Notes: a model not told the origin generated them from the sequence alone. A stretch of 39,808 nt of DNA from Bacillota bacterium (GCA_033809435.1 JAPXLS010000002.1:1-39808); one strand, 5' to 3'; shown: positions 27,180 through 38,040, numbered from the stretch's first letter. Translations and numbers: made by a program.

Positions 27180-28568
27180 TTATTTTCCAATACAAAATTC
27201 GCTGAATATCCGGTCCAGGAGATCCTCGGACATGACCGCTCCGGTAATCTCACCCAGCTTCAGCCACGCCTCCTTCAAATCCATGCTTAAGAATTCTAGA
27301 GGTTGATGTCCGGATGCATGCAGCACTTCCCCAATAAGTTCTATGCTCTCCCGGATAACCGCAACATGCCTCATGCTTGTCAATGCCGGACTATCCGCTG
27401 CAATGATACCAAGCTCCCGATCCAGCATGTCGCCAATTGTTTCCTCCAGCCGATCAATGCCCAGGTTTAGTGTTGCCGATGTCTGCACTATGGGGTAATC
27501 ACGCCGGCAGGCGGTGATCTCTTTAATGACAATACGTTGTTTCAGATCCATTTTATTGATGACGACCAGCACCAGTTGTCCCGGCTGAATCAACGAGAAT
27601 ACGGCATCATCATCCTTACTCCATGATCGAGATCCATCCAAAACGACTATCAGGAGCCTGGCCTCGGCAACAGCACTTTTGGCTCTAGCTATCCCCTCCT
27701 GCTCCACCGGATCGGCGGCACCGTGAATGCCGGCGGTATCGATCAGGCGAAGGGGATATCCGCAAACCGTCATAAACCCCTCCAGAAGGTCCCGCGTTGT
27801 CCCCGGTATTTCATGAACAATGGCCCGCTGCTCCCTCAGCAGGGCATTAAGCAGGGAAGATTTTCCGGCATTTGGCTTTCCAATAATGGCCGTGGTCAAA
27901 CCTTCTTGCAGCGCCCTGCTCCGTTCTGCACCGTCAGCCATTTTCTCCAAAAGCCCTTTAAGGGTGGACAACTCTTCGATTTTCTGTCCATCAAAAACAA
28001 TCTCTTCCTCAAATTCTTCAGGGAAGTCCATATCCGCTTCCAACCGGGCCAAAATATTTGTTATTCTATCCCGAATTTTACCTATTTCTTCGGAAAGCGC
28101 TCCTCCCAAATTGGAAACAGCCGCTTTTACAGCTTCATCGGAACGGGCCCGGATCACCTTCATAACACTTTCAGCCTGGCTGAGATCGATCCTACCATTC
28201 AAGAGCGCCCGCCTGGTAAATTCACCGGGCCCGGCTGCTCTTGCGCCTGCTTCCAGAACCCTTTTTAAAAGCAGTCGCAGAATCAAAATGCCGCTGTGGC
28301 AATTTATCTCTACCGTGTCCTCGCATGTATATGTGCGCGGTCCTTTCATAAATGCCACCAGGACCTCATCCAGGGGTTCATTGTTCCCGGTAACTATATG
28401 TCCGTAGTAAAGACGGTGCGACCTCGGGTAATTGGAGCTCCGCTTTCTGTAAGGTTTGAATACTGTCTCTCCTATGGGGAAGGCCTCTTTGCCGCTAATC
28501 CGGACAATGCCTATGCCACCCTCTCCCAGTGGTGTGCTGATGGCGGCAATTGTATCACTCTCGTTCAA
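27180..28568 (-). CDS. mnmE: tRNA uridine-5-carboxymethylaminomethyl modification GTPase
   Basis: G1 GKPNAGKSSLLN, G3 DTAG, G4 NKMD and the invariant C-terminal CIGK. TTG start follows AAGGGGGG. Confidence 0.93.
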   Translation of the reverse strand: MNESDTIAAISTPLGEGGIGIVRISGKEAFPIGETVFKPYRKRSSNYPRSHRLYYGHIVTGNNEPLDEVLVAFMKGPRTYTCEDTVEINCHSGILILRLLLKRVLEAGARAAGPGEFTRRALLNGRIDLSQAESVMKVIRARSDEAVKAAVSNLGGALSEEIGKIRDRITNILARLEADMDFPEEFEEEIVFDGQKIEELSTLKGLLEKMADGAERSRALQEGLTTAIIGKPNAGKSSLLNALLREQRAIVHEIPGTTRDLLEGFMTVCGYPLRLIDTAGIHGAADPVEQEGIARAKSAVAEARLLIVVLDGSRSWSKDDDAVFSLIQPGQLVLVVINKMDLKQRIVIKEITACRRDYPIVQTSATLNLGIDRLEETIGDMLDRELGIIAADSPALTSMRHVAVIRESIELIGEVLHASGHQPLEFLSMDLKEAWLKLGEITGAVMSEDLLDRIFSEFCIGK

Positions 28569-28589
28569 GCCAACCCCCCTTAGTCATGG

Positions 28590-28618
28590 CAAAAGCCGCT
28601 CCTCCCCGAGGAGCGGCT
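28590..28618 (-). terminator. Rho-independent terminator/attenuator after jag
   Basis: Perfect 11-bp GC-rich stem, AGCCGCTCCTC (28594-28604) with GAGGAGCGGCT (28608-28618). On the minus strand UUUU follows (A-run at 28591-28594). Confidence 0.6.
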
Positions 28619-28631
28619 CCCATCTGCTGCA

Positions 28632-29252
28632 CTAGCGCGGTGCTATGACCACCTTGCGGTAAGGTTCTTCCCCCTTGCTATAGGTCACAACACCTTCAAA
28701 ATCCTGTAGTGCCATATGAATGATCCGTCTCTCCTGCGGCGACATAGGCTCCAGCACCTGCTCACAACCCTCCGCGTCAACGCGGCGGGCAATGCTTCTG
28801 GCAAGCTGAGTCAGGGTCCTCTCTCGCCTGGCACGGTAATTTTCGATATCAACAATAACCATCTTCCCCAGGTTGGCAAACTGGCGCCGCAGCGCCGTGT
28901 TCGCCAGGTACTGCAATTCATTTAAAGTTTTCCCCCGCCGCCCGATAAGAACCCCTACTTTTTTACCGCTGATGGAGGCGTGTATTTTTTCGCCTTCTTC
29001 CTGAACCCGTACGACCGTCTCCAAGCCCATCCCCTCCACAATACCTTTCAAAAATTTTTGTAGGTACATGCCGGGTGATAAACGGGGTTTTACTTTAACG
29101 CGAGCGTTCCGGTTGCTGATAAAACTGAATAAGCCCTGGGCCGGCTCGCATAATATTTCAACGGAGGCATTGTCCTTTTTTATTCCGAGAGCGGAGAGCG
29201 CCTTCCCTACGGCCTCTTCAACGGTCCGTCCCGTTTCTTCTACTGAGTTCAT
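28632..29252 (-). CDS. jag: RNA-binding protein Jag/KhpB (Jag_N, KH, R3H)
   Basis: N-terminal GRTVEEAVGKALSALG, the KH-like GKKVGVLIGRRGKTLNELQYL and the R3H-like PQERRIIHMAL. The ATG overlaps the yidC TGA (ATGA). Confidence 0.88.
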   Translation of the reverse strand: MNSVEETGRTVEEAVGKALSALGIKKDNASVEILCEPAQGLFSFISNRNARVKVKPRLSPGMYLQKFLKGIVEGMGLETVVRVQEEGEKIHASISGKKVGVLIGRRGKTLNELQYLANTALRRQFANLGKMVIVDIENYRARRERTLTQLARSIARRVDAEGCEQVLEPMSPQERRIIHMALQDFEGVVTYSKGEEPYRKVVIAPR

Positions 29253-30001
29253 CTCTCCCCCTTCTCTCCCTTTTTCCTCTTTTTGGATTTCCCTTTATTT
29301 CTATCCTGAACCTGTACCTGCGCCTTTTTATTATCCTCCTTCTTCTTGTCCATGTTAATAATCAGAAAGTGCTGTCCCATGGTTAGCAAATTGTTCGTGA
29401 TCCAGTAGATGATCAGCCCCGCAGGAAAAGAAAAACTGAAAAAAATAAACATTGCCGGCATCATGTAAAGCAGCATTTTTTGACTGGTATCGGTCATGGT
29501 TAGCTTCTGATATATATAGGTGCTCACTCCCGAAAGCACGGGAAAAATATAATAAATGATTTGCTGAGTCAGATCCCCTTGAAAAGCGCTCGGAGATACC
29601 GCCAGATCAATAAAGTTGAAAGACGGTATCAAAAAAGTGTTGATCGATTCCCCAAGAAAAATACCTGTTTCCCGGAGCAGGCGAAATATTCCGTAGAGAA
29701 TGGGCAGCTGAACAAGCATGGGCAGGCATCCGGCCATTGGATTGATCTTGTTCTTTTGCATAAACTCCGTCATCGCCTGGTTCTGCTTGACCTTGTCATC
29801 CTTGAATTTCTGCTGGATTTTTTTTATTTCGGGGTTCAGTTCCTGCATCCTCTTACTCGACTGAAGCTGCTTCTGATTCAAAGGAAAGGTAACCAGTTTT
29901 ATTAATACTGTCAATAAAATTATAGATACACCAAAATTAGGGACAACTGTATAAATAAAGGTTAGTATCTTGCTGAAGAATTGGGCAATCGCTTCTGTCA
30001 T
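29249..30001 (-). CDS. yidC: Membrane protein insertase YidC/SpoIIIJ
   Basis: Firmicute short YidC pattern: LTVLIKLVTFPLNQKQLQSSKRMQELNPEIKKIQ, GCLPMLVQLPI and a lysine-rich C-tail. The ATG at 30001 lies 9 nt after AGGAGG. Confidence 0.92.
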   Translation of the reverse strand: MTEAIAQFFSKILTFIYTVVPNFGVSIILLTVLIKLVTFPLNQKQLQSSKRMQELNPEIKKIQQKFKDDKVKQNQAMTEFMQKNKINPMAGCLPMLVQLPILYGIFRLLRETGIFLGESINTFLIPSFNFIDLAVSPSAFQGDLTQQIIYYIFPVLSGVSTYIYQKLTMTDTSQKMLLYMMPAMFIFFSFSFPAGLIIYWITNNLLTMGQHFLIINMDKKKEDNKKAQVQVQDRNKGKSKKRKKGEKGER

Positions 30002-30034
30002 ATACACTTTCCTCCTACATCTCTTTACCTTACC

Positions 30035-30289
30035 TCATCTGACTGGATCGTAGCCACCCGGATGAAAGGGGTGGCATTTCAAAAGCCTGCGCATTCCAAG
30101 TAAACTGCCCCGCATAACGCCGTATTTCAACACTGCCTCAAAATAGTACTGTGAACATGTAGGATAAAACCTGCATGAAGCAGGCTTCAATGGTGAAATA
30201 TATTTTTGGTAAAACCTGATCATAGCCAGGCATACCCGGGCCCATGCCTCCGGAGGTTCTACGATCGCAGCAGTTTTCCCTTCTGACAT
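30035..30289 (-). CDS. yidD: Membrane protein insertion efficiency factor YidD
   Basis: [25 protein letters not shown] signature. The gene overlaps the rnpA 3' end by 31 nt. ATG at 30223 is a shorter alternative start. Confidence 0.85.
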   Translation of the reverse strand: MSEGKTAAIVEPPEAWARVCLAMIRFYQKYISPLKPASCRFYPTCSQYYFEAVLKYGVMRGSLLGMRRLLKCHPFHPGGYDPVR

Positions 30290-30597
30290 AAATATAGCAA
30301 CTCCTCACAGGCCTGGTGGTAGGTTATCCCCACCGCATCCTTGCGGGCTACAATAACAAAATCGTACCCCTCTTTTAGCCTGCTGTAATTTATCCGGAAC
30401 GCTTCACTAAAAACCCTCTTAATCCTGTTTCTTTGAACACTTTTCCCCACTTTTTTGCTTATGGAAAAACCAATTCTACTTTCATTGCTTCTATTTGTAT
30501 ATACATACAGTACAATTTTTTTAGAGAATAAGGCACGGCCGCGCCTGTAAACTCTTCTGTATTCCCAGTTCTTTTTTAGCCGCTTCACCCTTGCCAT
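30259..30597 (-). CDS. rnpA: Ribonuclease P protein component
   Basis: Basic 112-aa protein ([14 protein letters not shown]...[14 protein letters not shown]) immediately downstream of rpmH. Confidence 0.9.
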   Translation of the reverse strand: MARVKRLKKNWEYRRVYRRGRALFSKKIVLYVYTNRSNESRIGFSISKKVGKSVQRNRIKRVFSEAFRINYSRLKEGYDFVIVARKDAVGITYHQACEELLYLCQKGKLLRS

Positions 30598-30602
30598 GGG
30601 GA

Positions 30603-30737
30603 TCAGGCACTGATAATTTTACGGCGCCGCTGACGTCTTCTTCTGATAATAGCCCGTCCTGCAGTGGTGCTCATCCTTTTCAGGAAGCCGTGCATTCTTT
30701 TCCTTCTTCTGCGCTTTGGCTGGTATGTCCTTTTCAT
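30603..30737 (-). CDS. rpmH: 50S ribosomal protein L34
   Basis: [44 protein letters not shown], 44 aa and canonical. The 71-aa listed ORF is an upstream extension into oriC. Confidence 0.95.
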   Translation of the reverse strand: MKRTYQPKRRRRKRMHGFLKRMSTTAGRAIIRRRRQRRRKIISA

Positions 30738-31010
30738 AATCTTTCCTTTCCGATTTTCTGTGCATAATGTAGGAAAAGTATACCTTAAAAAAATTAATAA
30801 TGTCAAGATAAACGGCATTATATGATGTTAAATAAGCTTCGCAGCATTTTAGAGCCATTGCAGCCCTTAATTTGATCTGATAAAATATTATCTGCCGCTG
30901 CCTTTGCAAGCATGCGGTCGGGCCGATTATCCACAGATCAATGTTGATAAAACACTCTCTTTGTGTATAACCTCGGCGCTTTTCCTCATGATCGGCAGGG
31001 AGGTTATTTT
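30738..31010. other. oriC, upstream (rpmH-dnaA) DnaA-box cluster including the dnaA promoter
   Basis: DnaA boxes: perfect TTATCCACA at 30927-30935; TTATGCACA (30759-30767, reverse); TTATCAACA (30942-50, reverse); TTATACACA (30963-71, reverse). Candidate dnaA promoter is TTGATA (30944-49), 16 nt, TATAAC (30966-71), overlapping the boxes. The replichore strand switch occurs here. Confidence 0.8.
30777..30806 (-). promoter_or_regulatory. Candidate sigma-A promoter of rpmH-rnpA
   Basis: Minus strand reads TTGACA (30806-30801), an 18-nt AT-rich spacer, then TATACT (30782-30777). A DnaA box (TTATGCACA, 30767-30759) sits just downstream. Confidence 0.6.
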
Positions 31011-32372
31011 TTGTCGAGCGAACTTTCAACACTATGGTCTTTGATTCTTTCCGATATCAGCAAGGAGCTCAGCAAACCCAGCTTTGAAACATGGTTTGCT
31101 TCTACCCGCCCTCTCTCTTTGAAAGAACAGCGCCTGGTAATTGCGGTGCCCAATGATTTTGCCAGGGAATGGATTCAGGACCGCTACAAAAAGGCTATTA
31201 TTAGAAAGCTTAACAGCATAACTTCCAGTAATTATGAAGTTGATTTTGTTGTTGTTGCCGATTTTGTGGATTTCGACGGAGAGGGCGATTACCCCGTTGA
31301 AGTGTCTGCAGCCGCAGGTAGAGATGTAAACACAGACAACAGCAAAGAATCTTTTTTTAACCCGCGATATACATTCGGCAGTTTTGTAGTCGGTCCTTGC
31401 AACCGTCTTTCCCATGCCGCCTCCCTGGCCGTTGCTGAAAGCCCCTCCAAGGCTTACAATCCCTTTTTTATTTACGGTGGTGTAGGTCTTGGTAAAACAC
31501 ATCTGTTGCATGCTATAGGCCAGTACATCCTTAAACATCACAATCTCAAAAACATCCTCTACTGCTCCTCAGAAAAATTCACCAATGATTTTATCAATGC
31601 TATCCGGGACAATAAAACGGTTGAATTTCGGAATCATTATCGAAATATTGATGTACTTCTTATAGATGATATCCAATTTTTAGCCCGTAAAGAACAAACA
31701 CAGGAAGAATTCTTTCATACTTTTAATACCCTTCACAATCTTAACCGTCAGATTGTCGTCTCCAGTGACAGGCCTCCAAAAGAAATTCCTACCCTCGAGG
31801 ATCGACTCCGTTCCCGCTTTGAATGGGGGTTGATTACAGATATTCAACCTCCTGATCTGGAAACCAGAATAGCAATCTTAAAGAAAAAATCACTTATGGA
31901 AGATTTTGATATTTCGGATGATGTTCTGCATCACATCGCTTCAAAGGTTGAAAATAATATCCGCGAACTTGAGGGGGCCTTGATCAGAATTGTAGCTTAT
32001 GCCTCTCTGTCAAGCTCAAAAATAACACTGGAACTGACGGATGAAGCCCTGAAAAATGTTATTTTCACTGCAAAAAAAGAAATCCCTGTGGATAGAATAA
32101 TAACCCTTGTTGCCGAACATTTTTATCTGACCCCGGAAGAACTTCGCAGTAAAAGGAGAACACGTGATATAGCCTTTGCCCGTCAAACCGCCATGTTCCT
32201 GACCCGCGAATTAACAGAATTATCACTGCCAAAAATCGGCGAGGAATTCGGAGGGCGGGATCATACCACCGTGTTACATGCTATCAGGAAGATCAATAAA
32301 CTGATTACTGATGATGAGGAGGAAAAAATCAAATTGGACCTTTTGAAAAATGAGCTTGTAAATAACCTCTGA
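31011..32372 (+). CDS. dnaA: Chromosomal replication initiator protein DnaA
   Basis: Walker A GGVGLGKTHLLHAIG, Walker B LLIDDIQF, and the C-terminal box-binding signature GGRDHTTVLHA. TTG at 31011 lies 7 nt after GGGAGG, giving 453 aa; the listed ATG at 30963 has no SD. Confidence 0.95.
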   Translation: MSSELSTLWSLILSDISKELSKPSFETWFASTRPLSLKEQRLVIAVPNDFAREWIQDRYKKAIIRKLNSITSSNYEVDFVVVADFVDFDGEGDYPVEVSAAAGRDVNTDNSKESFFNPRYTFGSFVVGPCNRLSHAASLAVAESPSKAYNPFFIYGGVGLGKTHLLHAIGQYILKHHNLKNILYCSSEKFTNDFINAIRDNKTVEFRNHYRNIDVLLIDDIQFLARKEQTQEEFFHTFNTLHNLNRQIVVSSDRPPKEIPTLEDRLRSRFEWGLITDIQPPDLETRIAILKKKSLMEDFDISDDVLHHIASKVENNIRELEGALIRIVAYASLSSSKITLELTDEALKNVIFTAKKEIPVDRIITLVAEHFYLTPEELRSKRRTRDIAFARQTAMFLTRELTELSLPKIGEEFGGRDHTTVLHAIRKINKLITDDEEEKIKLDLLKNELVNNL

Positions 32373-32587
32373 TCAAGCTGTGGACAAGTTGTGTTAACAT
32401 TTACCTGCGGATTTAATCAACATTCTTTTATCAGATTTTCCACAGCAGCTTTGAATAAAGTAACGCTTCATTATCTATTGTTTTCTAGTTTTTTAACAGA
32501 ATTCACAGCCTTTATGATGACTGTTATTTATATATACCAGCTCTTATTTATAAGATTAAGAAAAAAAATGGGGAGAAGGTGATTATA
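32373..32587. other. oriC, downstream (dnaA-dnaN) part with DnaA boxes and AT-rich candidate unwinding element
   Basis: TTGTCCACA (32379-87, reverse), TTTTCCACA (32436-44) and a weak box GAATTCACA (32499-507). Then comes a strongly AT-rich run at about 32511-32568 (tttatgatgactgttatttatatatacc...ttatttataagattaagaaaaaaaa). Confidence 0.7.
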
Positions 32588-33694
32588 TTGTCCATGATCC
32601 TTTCCAGAGAATCCTTTGGCCAATATCTTGATGTTGTTGAAAAAGCCCTTTCAAAACAATCAGCTATTCAGTACCTGGAAAATATCTTTTGCGAAATAGA
32701 GCCTGATAAAATTACACTGGCAGCAACAAACCTTGAGCTTTTTATCAAGGTTGCCCTGCCTTACACGGGCGAGGGGTTCGGCAAGATGTTGCTCCCCCCA
32801 AAAATTGTTGAAATTGTTCGTTTTCTTCCCGAATCTGAGATCAGTTTGAAATTGGATAGTGATAATTTGCAGATCAATCTCAACTGTGGTCCGGCTCGAT
32901 ACACTTTGTCCGGAGCTGATCCGGAAGATTATCCTCCCCTGGAAAAAATAGCGCCGCAAAATATTGATTCAATATCCCTAGACCCATCGGAGCTCAAACA
33001 GGTCCTTAAAATGGTTATTTTTGCAGCGTCCACAGAGGAAACCAGGCCGGCTTTCAATGGCGTCCTTTTCGAATTTAGCAAAACACGTCTTAGTTTGATG
33101 AGTTCCGACACATATCGTCTTGCAGTAAAAGATATTTCAAATAACAAATGGAATTTTCCGGACAGGCAATGCCTTGTCCCTGCCAAGGCGCTGCGTGAGC
33201 TTCTAAAAATCATAGAGCAAAGTGATAATGGAATCAATTTTTTTCCAAGCGACGAACAGCTCATATTTGATTTCGGAACGATATATTTTGCAGCCAGGCT
33301 GCTTAATGAAAAGTATCCGGATATCAGTTCAGTTATCCCTGAGCGCTTTTTGACAAGGATAACTACCAATCGCAGTGCCATGGCAGAGACTGTCGGCCGT
33401 GCTGCCCTTCTGGCGGAAGGCCCTAATAATGCAATTCAGCTTTCTGTAAGCAGCAGCTCCATGGCGGTGAGGGTTTCTTCCCAGATCGGGCGGATGGAGG
33501 AGGAACTTCCTGTTGAATGTGAAGGCGAAGAAATTGAGCTCCATATAAACTCCCGGTTTATCATGGATATTTTAAGAGCTGTTTCCACGGAGCAGATTAC
33601 TATTGATTTTCATGGAAAAACAGGACCGGTTATATTTCGTTTGGCCGGCGATGAAAGCTATCTTTATCTTGTGTTGCCAATTAAAATGGATTGA
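32588..33694 (+). CDS. dnaN: DNA polymerase III beta sliding clamp
   Basis: About 368 aa and beta-clamp-like throughout (LAATNLELFIKV, MSSDTYRLAV, YLYLVLPIKM). TTG at 32588 lies 9 nt after the core of AGAAGGTGAT. GTG at 32579 and ATG at 32594 are alternatives. Confidence 0.9.
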   Translation: MSMILSRESFGQYLDVVEKALSKQSAIQYLENIFCEIEPDKITLAATNLELFIKVALPYTGEGFGKMLLPPKIVEIVRFLPESEISLKLDSDNLQINLNCGPARYTLSGADPEDYPPLEKIAPQNIDSISLDPSELKQVLKMVIFAASTEETRPAFNGVLFEFSKTRLSLMSSDTYRLAVKDISNNKWNFPDRQCLVPAKALRELLKIIEQSDNGINFFPSDEQLIFDFGTIYFAARLLNEKYPDISSVIPERFLTRITTNRSAMAETVGRAALLAEGPNNAIQLSVSSSSMAVRVSSQIGRMEEELPVECEGEEIELHINSRFIMDILRAVSTEQITIDFHGKTGPVIFRLAGDESYLYLVLPIKMD

Positions 33695-33712
33695 TGATCG
33701 GATACCAAGAGC

Positions 33713-34840
33713 GTGTACCTAGCATCGCTTACCCTGATAAACTTTCGGAATTATCGCCGCCAGGAGCTGCAGTTTCATCCTGGAGTAAATATATTTTGCG
33801 GTAAAAATGGGCAGGGTAAAACCAATTTTTTGGAGGCAGCCTATTATATTGCTGTATCCCGCTCTTTTCGCACCGGCCAGGACTCGGAAATTTTACGCTT
33901 CGGCAGCGATTATTTTTACCTCAAGGGAGCCTTTGTAACAGGTGAAGGCCGATGCATAGCTGAGACGGCTTACAGGCAACCGCACCGCCTTCAGATTAAA
34001 ATAAATGGCAAATCGCTGACAAGAAGCGAATATATTTTCCGGCACCCCGTGGTTATATTTACTCCGGATGATCTGTTTCTGGTCAAAGAGGGCCCTTCCG
34101 TGCGCCGCCGTTTCCTTGATATGGAGTGTTCCCGCCTGAAACCGCTTTACTACAGCAGGTTGCGTCATTATTATCGCGCCTTGCGGCAGAGAAATTCTAT
34201 ATTGAAGGAGAAACGGGGAAGCCGCTTCACGGATTTTTCTGTTTTAGAGCCCTGGGAGCAGGCGCTTGCCGAGACGGGTGTATGGATCATCATGGAAAGG
34301 ATCAAGTTTCTGGAAGAACTGGAGGAGGCGGCTCATTCTCATTTTAACTCTATTACGGCGCAAGATGATACTCTCACCCTTCGCTACAGGTCAACTGTTT
34401 GCCCGGCTGAAGATCATGCATTGAGGGAAAGTTATTACCGTGAACAGCTGCATGGTGCGCGTTTCAAGGAGCTGCGCAAGGGATCCACTGTGCTTGGGCC
34501 GCACCTTGACGATTTTGCTGTTATGATCAACGATCTTGATTTACGCAAATACGGTTCCCAGGGACAGCAGCGAACTGCAGTGCTTTCTTTAAAAATGGGG
34601 GAAGTGGATCTTTTCAACAGTACGGGTGATGAAAATTCCATTCTGCTGCTGGACGATGTTTTTTCCGAGCTCGATGAAGAGAGGCGCAGCCGTCTTCTAA
34701 AATTCTTAGAAACCAGGGATGATCAATCTTTTATCACTTCTGCCGTTCCGATGGCCGATTGGGATTACAAAAAAAAGGCTTATTTTTTTACGGTTTCGGG
34801 GGGGGAGGTCAAGTTTGAAAGAGCTGGGACAGGTTATTGA
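33713..34840 (+). CDS. recF: DNA replication and repair protein RecF
   Basis: Walker A GKNGQGKTNFLEA, signature SQGQQRT and Walker B ILLLDDVFSELD. GTG start. Confidence 0.93.
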   Translation: MYLASLTLINFRNYRRQELQFHPGVNIFCGKNGQGKTNFLEAAYYIAVSRSFRTGQDSEILRFGSDYFYLKGAFVTGEGRCIAETAYRQPHRLQIKINGKSLTRSEYIFRHPVVIFTPDDLFLVKEGPSVRRRFLDMECSRLKPLYYSRLRHYYRALRQRNSILKEKRGSRFTDFSVLEPWEQALAETGVWIIMERIKFLEELEEAAHSHFNSITAQDDTLTLRYRSTVCPAEDHALRESYYREQLHGARFKELRKGSTVLGPHLDDFAVMINDLDLRKYGSQGQQRTAVLSLKMGEVDLFNSTGDENSILLLDDVFSELDEERRSRLLKFLETRDDQSFITSAVPMADWDYKKKAYFFTVSGGEVKFERAGTGY

Positions 34841-35111
34841 GCAGATGCTGCGCAAACGAAAAATGTGGCGTCAATACAAACAGTGTCTTATAATAGATGA
34901 GTGGGATCAACTTGTTGGCAAGGAGATAGCAGCTGTTACAGAAGCCTGCGATCTGCAAAGACAGGTGCTCAGGGTGATGGTAATCAGCTCTACCTGGGTC
35001 TATCACCTCACACTGCTGAAACCGCAATTAATTGAAAAAATAAACAAACAAGCCGGAGAAAAGCTGGTCGAAGATATATATTTCCAGATTGGGCTGGAAT
35101 CAAAAAAATAA
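34815..35111 (+). CDS. DUF721 domain protein
   Basis: W..VG..IA..T....L....L.V.V.SS.W...L pattern (WDQLVGKEIAAVTEACDLQRQVLRVMVISSTWVYHLTLL). TTG at 34815 lies 6 nt after GGGGGAGG and overlaps the recF 3' end by 26 nt. Confidence 0.7.
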   Translation: MKELGQVIEQMLRKRKMWRQYKQCLIIDEWDQLVGKEIAAVTEACDLQRQVLRVMVISSTWVYHLTLLKPQLIEKINKQAGEKLVEDIYFQIGLESKK

Positions 35112-35184
35112 AGGTATACTTATATAGAGATTCCTTTTTTCTAATTTTAAAATAAAAGGCAATCACAATTACAGGGGGAATAAG

Positions 35185-35433
35185 ATGTTCTTGCACATTG
35201 GTTATTCGCGTATTGTACTGAAAAAGGATCTCATCGGTATTTTTCATATAAACTTGAAGAGCAACCCTATCAATAAACAGTTTTTGGAGTCATCCAGCAA
35301 AGGGAACTTCTATCGCAACAGCAAGTTGGATGAATGCAAATCCTTCATTGTTACGGACGGTGATCTGTTGTTTTCACCGGTTCTCCCGGCAACACTGGCG
35401 CGAAGAAATGAGGCGCCGGCGAAAAAAAGTTGA
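35185..35433 (+). CDS. remB: DUF370 protein, RemB/YaaB-like
   Basis: MFLHIGYSRIVLKKDLIGIFHIN...SFIVTDGDLLFSPVLPATLARR parallels B. subtilis YaaB (MYIHLG...DIVGIFD...YYSPLSSSTLKKR). Same position before gyrB. AGGGGGAATAAG precedes the ATG. Confidence 0.75.
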   Translation: MFLHIGYSRIVLKKDLIGIFHINLKSNPINKQFLESSSKGNFYRNSKLDECKSFIVTDGDLLFSPVLPATLARRNEAPAKKS

Positions 35434-35462
35434 GTTTATTCGCTGGGCTATAGATGATATAA

Positions 35463-37409
<1,947 letters not shown>

Positions 37410-37503
37410 AATATCCTATTTTAAATACTGGACACAGCCCGGAAAAGACATTTTTATGCAATCCTGATCTCGGATTTTTAGAAAGTTCAGCGAGGTGTAT
37501 AAA

Positions 37504-38040
37504 ATGCCCTACATGGTCCTTCCCTATGTACTGCTGGCCCTTTTGACCGCCGCTTACCTGATCTACCGCAGTCATAAAACTGGGCCGGTGACTTTCAGGG
37601 TAAAATATGTTTTGTTAAACAGGGCCAACATGGATATTTTTCTTTCAGTGCTGCTTGTATGTGCACTTTGCGCGCTCTTTCTATGGTCCGATTTGAAAAG
37701 ATTCAACGAATTTGCAGATTTGAACAGCCGCTGGGTTTACGGCAGCAGGATAGTTTTTTACGTTCTCCTGGTAGTTGTTTTTTTGGCCAGACAGTTGGAG
37801 CGTCCGGCGCTTCGCGAAAAAGGGATCTCTTCTTCGCGTTGGTTCTGGACCTGGGATCGGATCAAGACATATCGCTGGAACGGCTCTTTGTTGGAATTCC
37901 AAATAGGGAACTCTAAAAGAAAAGTCAGTGAAACCTGGGCCGTGGCTGCAGAGCAGAAACCGGAACTGGATCGTATGCTGAGGTTAAAAATCAACAAGGT
38001 TGAGAAAAAGAAAAAGAAAAGCAAACCTGCAAGGAGATAG
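37504..38040 (+). CDS. Hypothetical membrane protein (3 predicted TM helices plus soluble C-terminal domain and Lys-rich tail)
   Basis: The ATG at 37504 lies 6 nt after GAGGTG. Hydrophobic helices are VLPYVLLALLTAAYLIY, IFLSVLLVCALCALFLW and IVFYVLLVVVFLA. The C-terminus is GISSSRWFWTWDRIKTYRWNGSLLEFQI...KKKKKSKPARR. No family is recognised with certainty; a possible DUF5673-like domain is a guess from memory. Confidence 0.6.
   Translation: MPYMVLPYVLLALLTAAYLIYRSHKTGPVTFRVKYVLLNRANMDIFLSVLLVCALCALFLWSDLKRFNEFADLNSRWVYGSRIVFYVLLVVVFLARQLERPALREKGISSSRWFWTWDRIKTYRWNGSLLEFQIGNSKRKVSETWAVAAEQKPELDRMLRLKINKVEKKKKKSKPARR

Noticed and set aside
30619-31032. 137-aa minus-strand ORF and the 71-aa extended rpmH ORF reaching into the rpmH-dnaA spacer; also the 63-aa ORF at 32391-32582
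   Set aside because: They cover the DnaA-box and promoter regions of oriC. Genuine L34 is the 44-aa core, and the others have no SD and a composition driven by AT-rich non-coding DNA.
34766-34790. Homopolymer runs inside coding sequence: A8 then T7 near the recF 3' end, and an A8 run directly after the gyrA start codon (38068-38075)
   Set aside because: Both reading frames remain intact and encode sensible residues (KKK, FF; EKKR). There is no evidence of phase variation or frameshifting, so these are noted only as potential sequencing-error hot spots.
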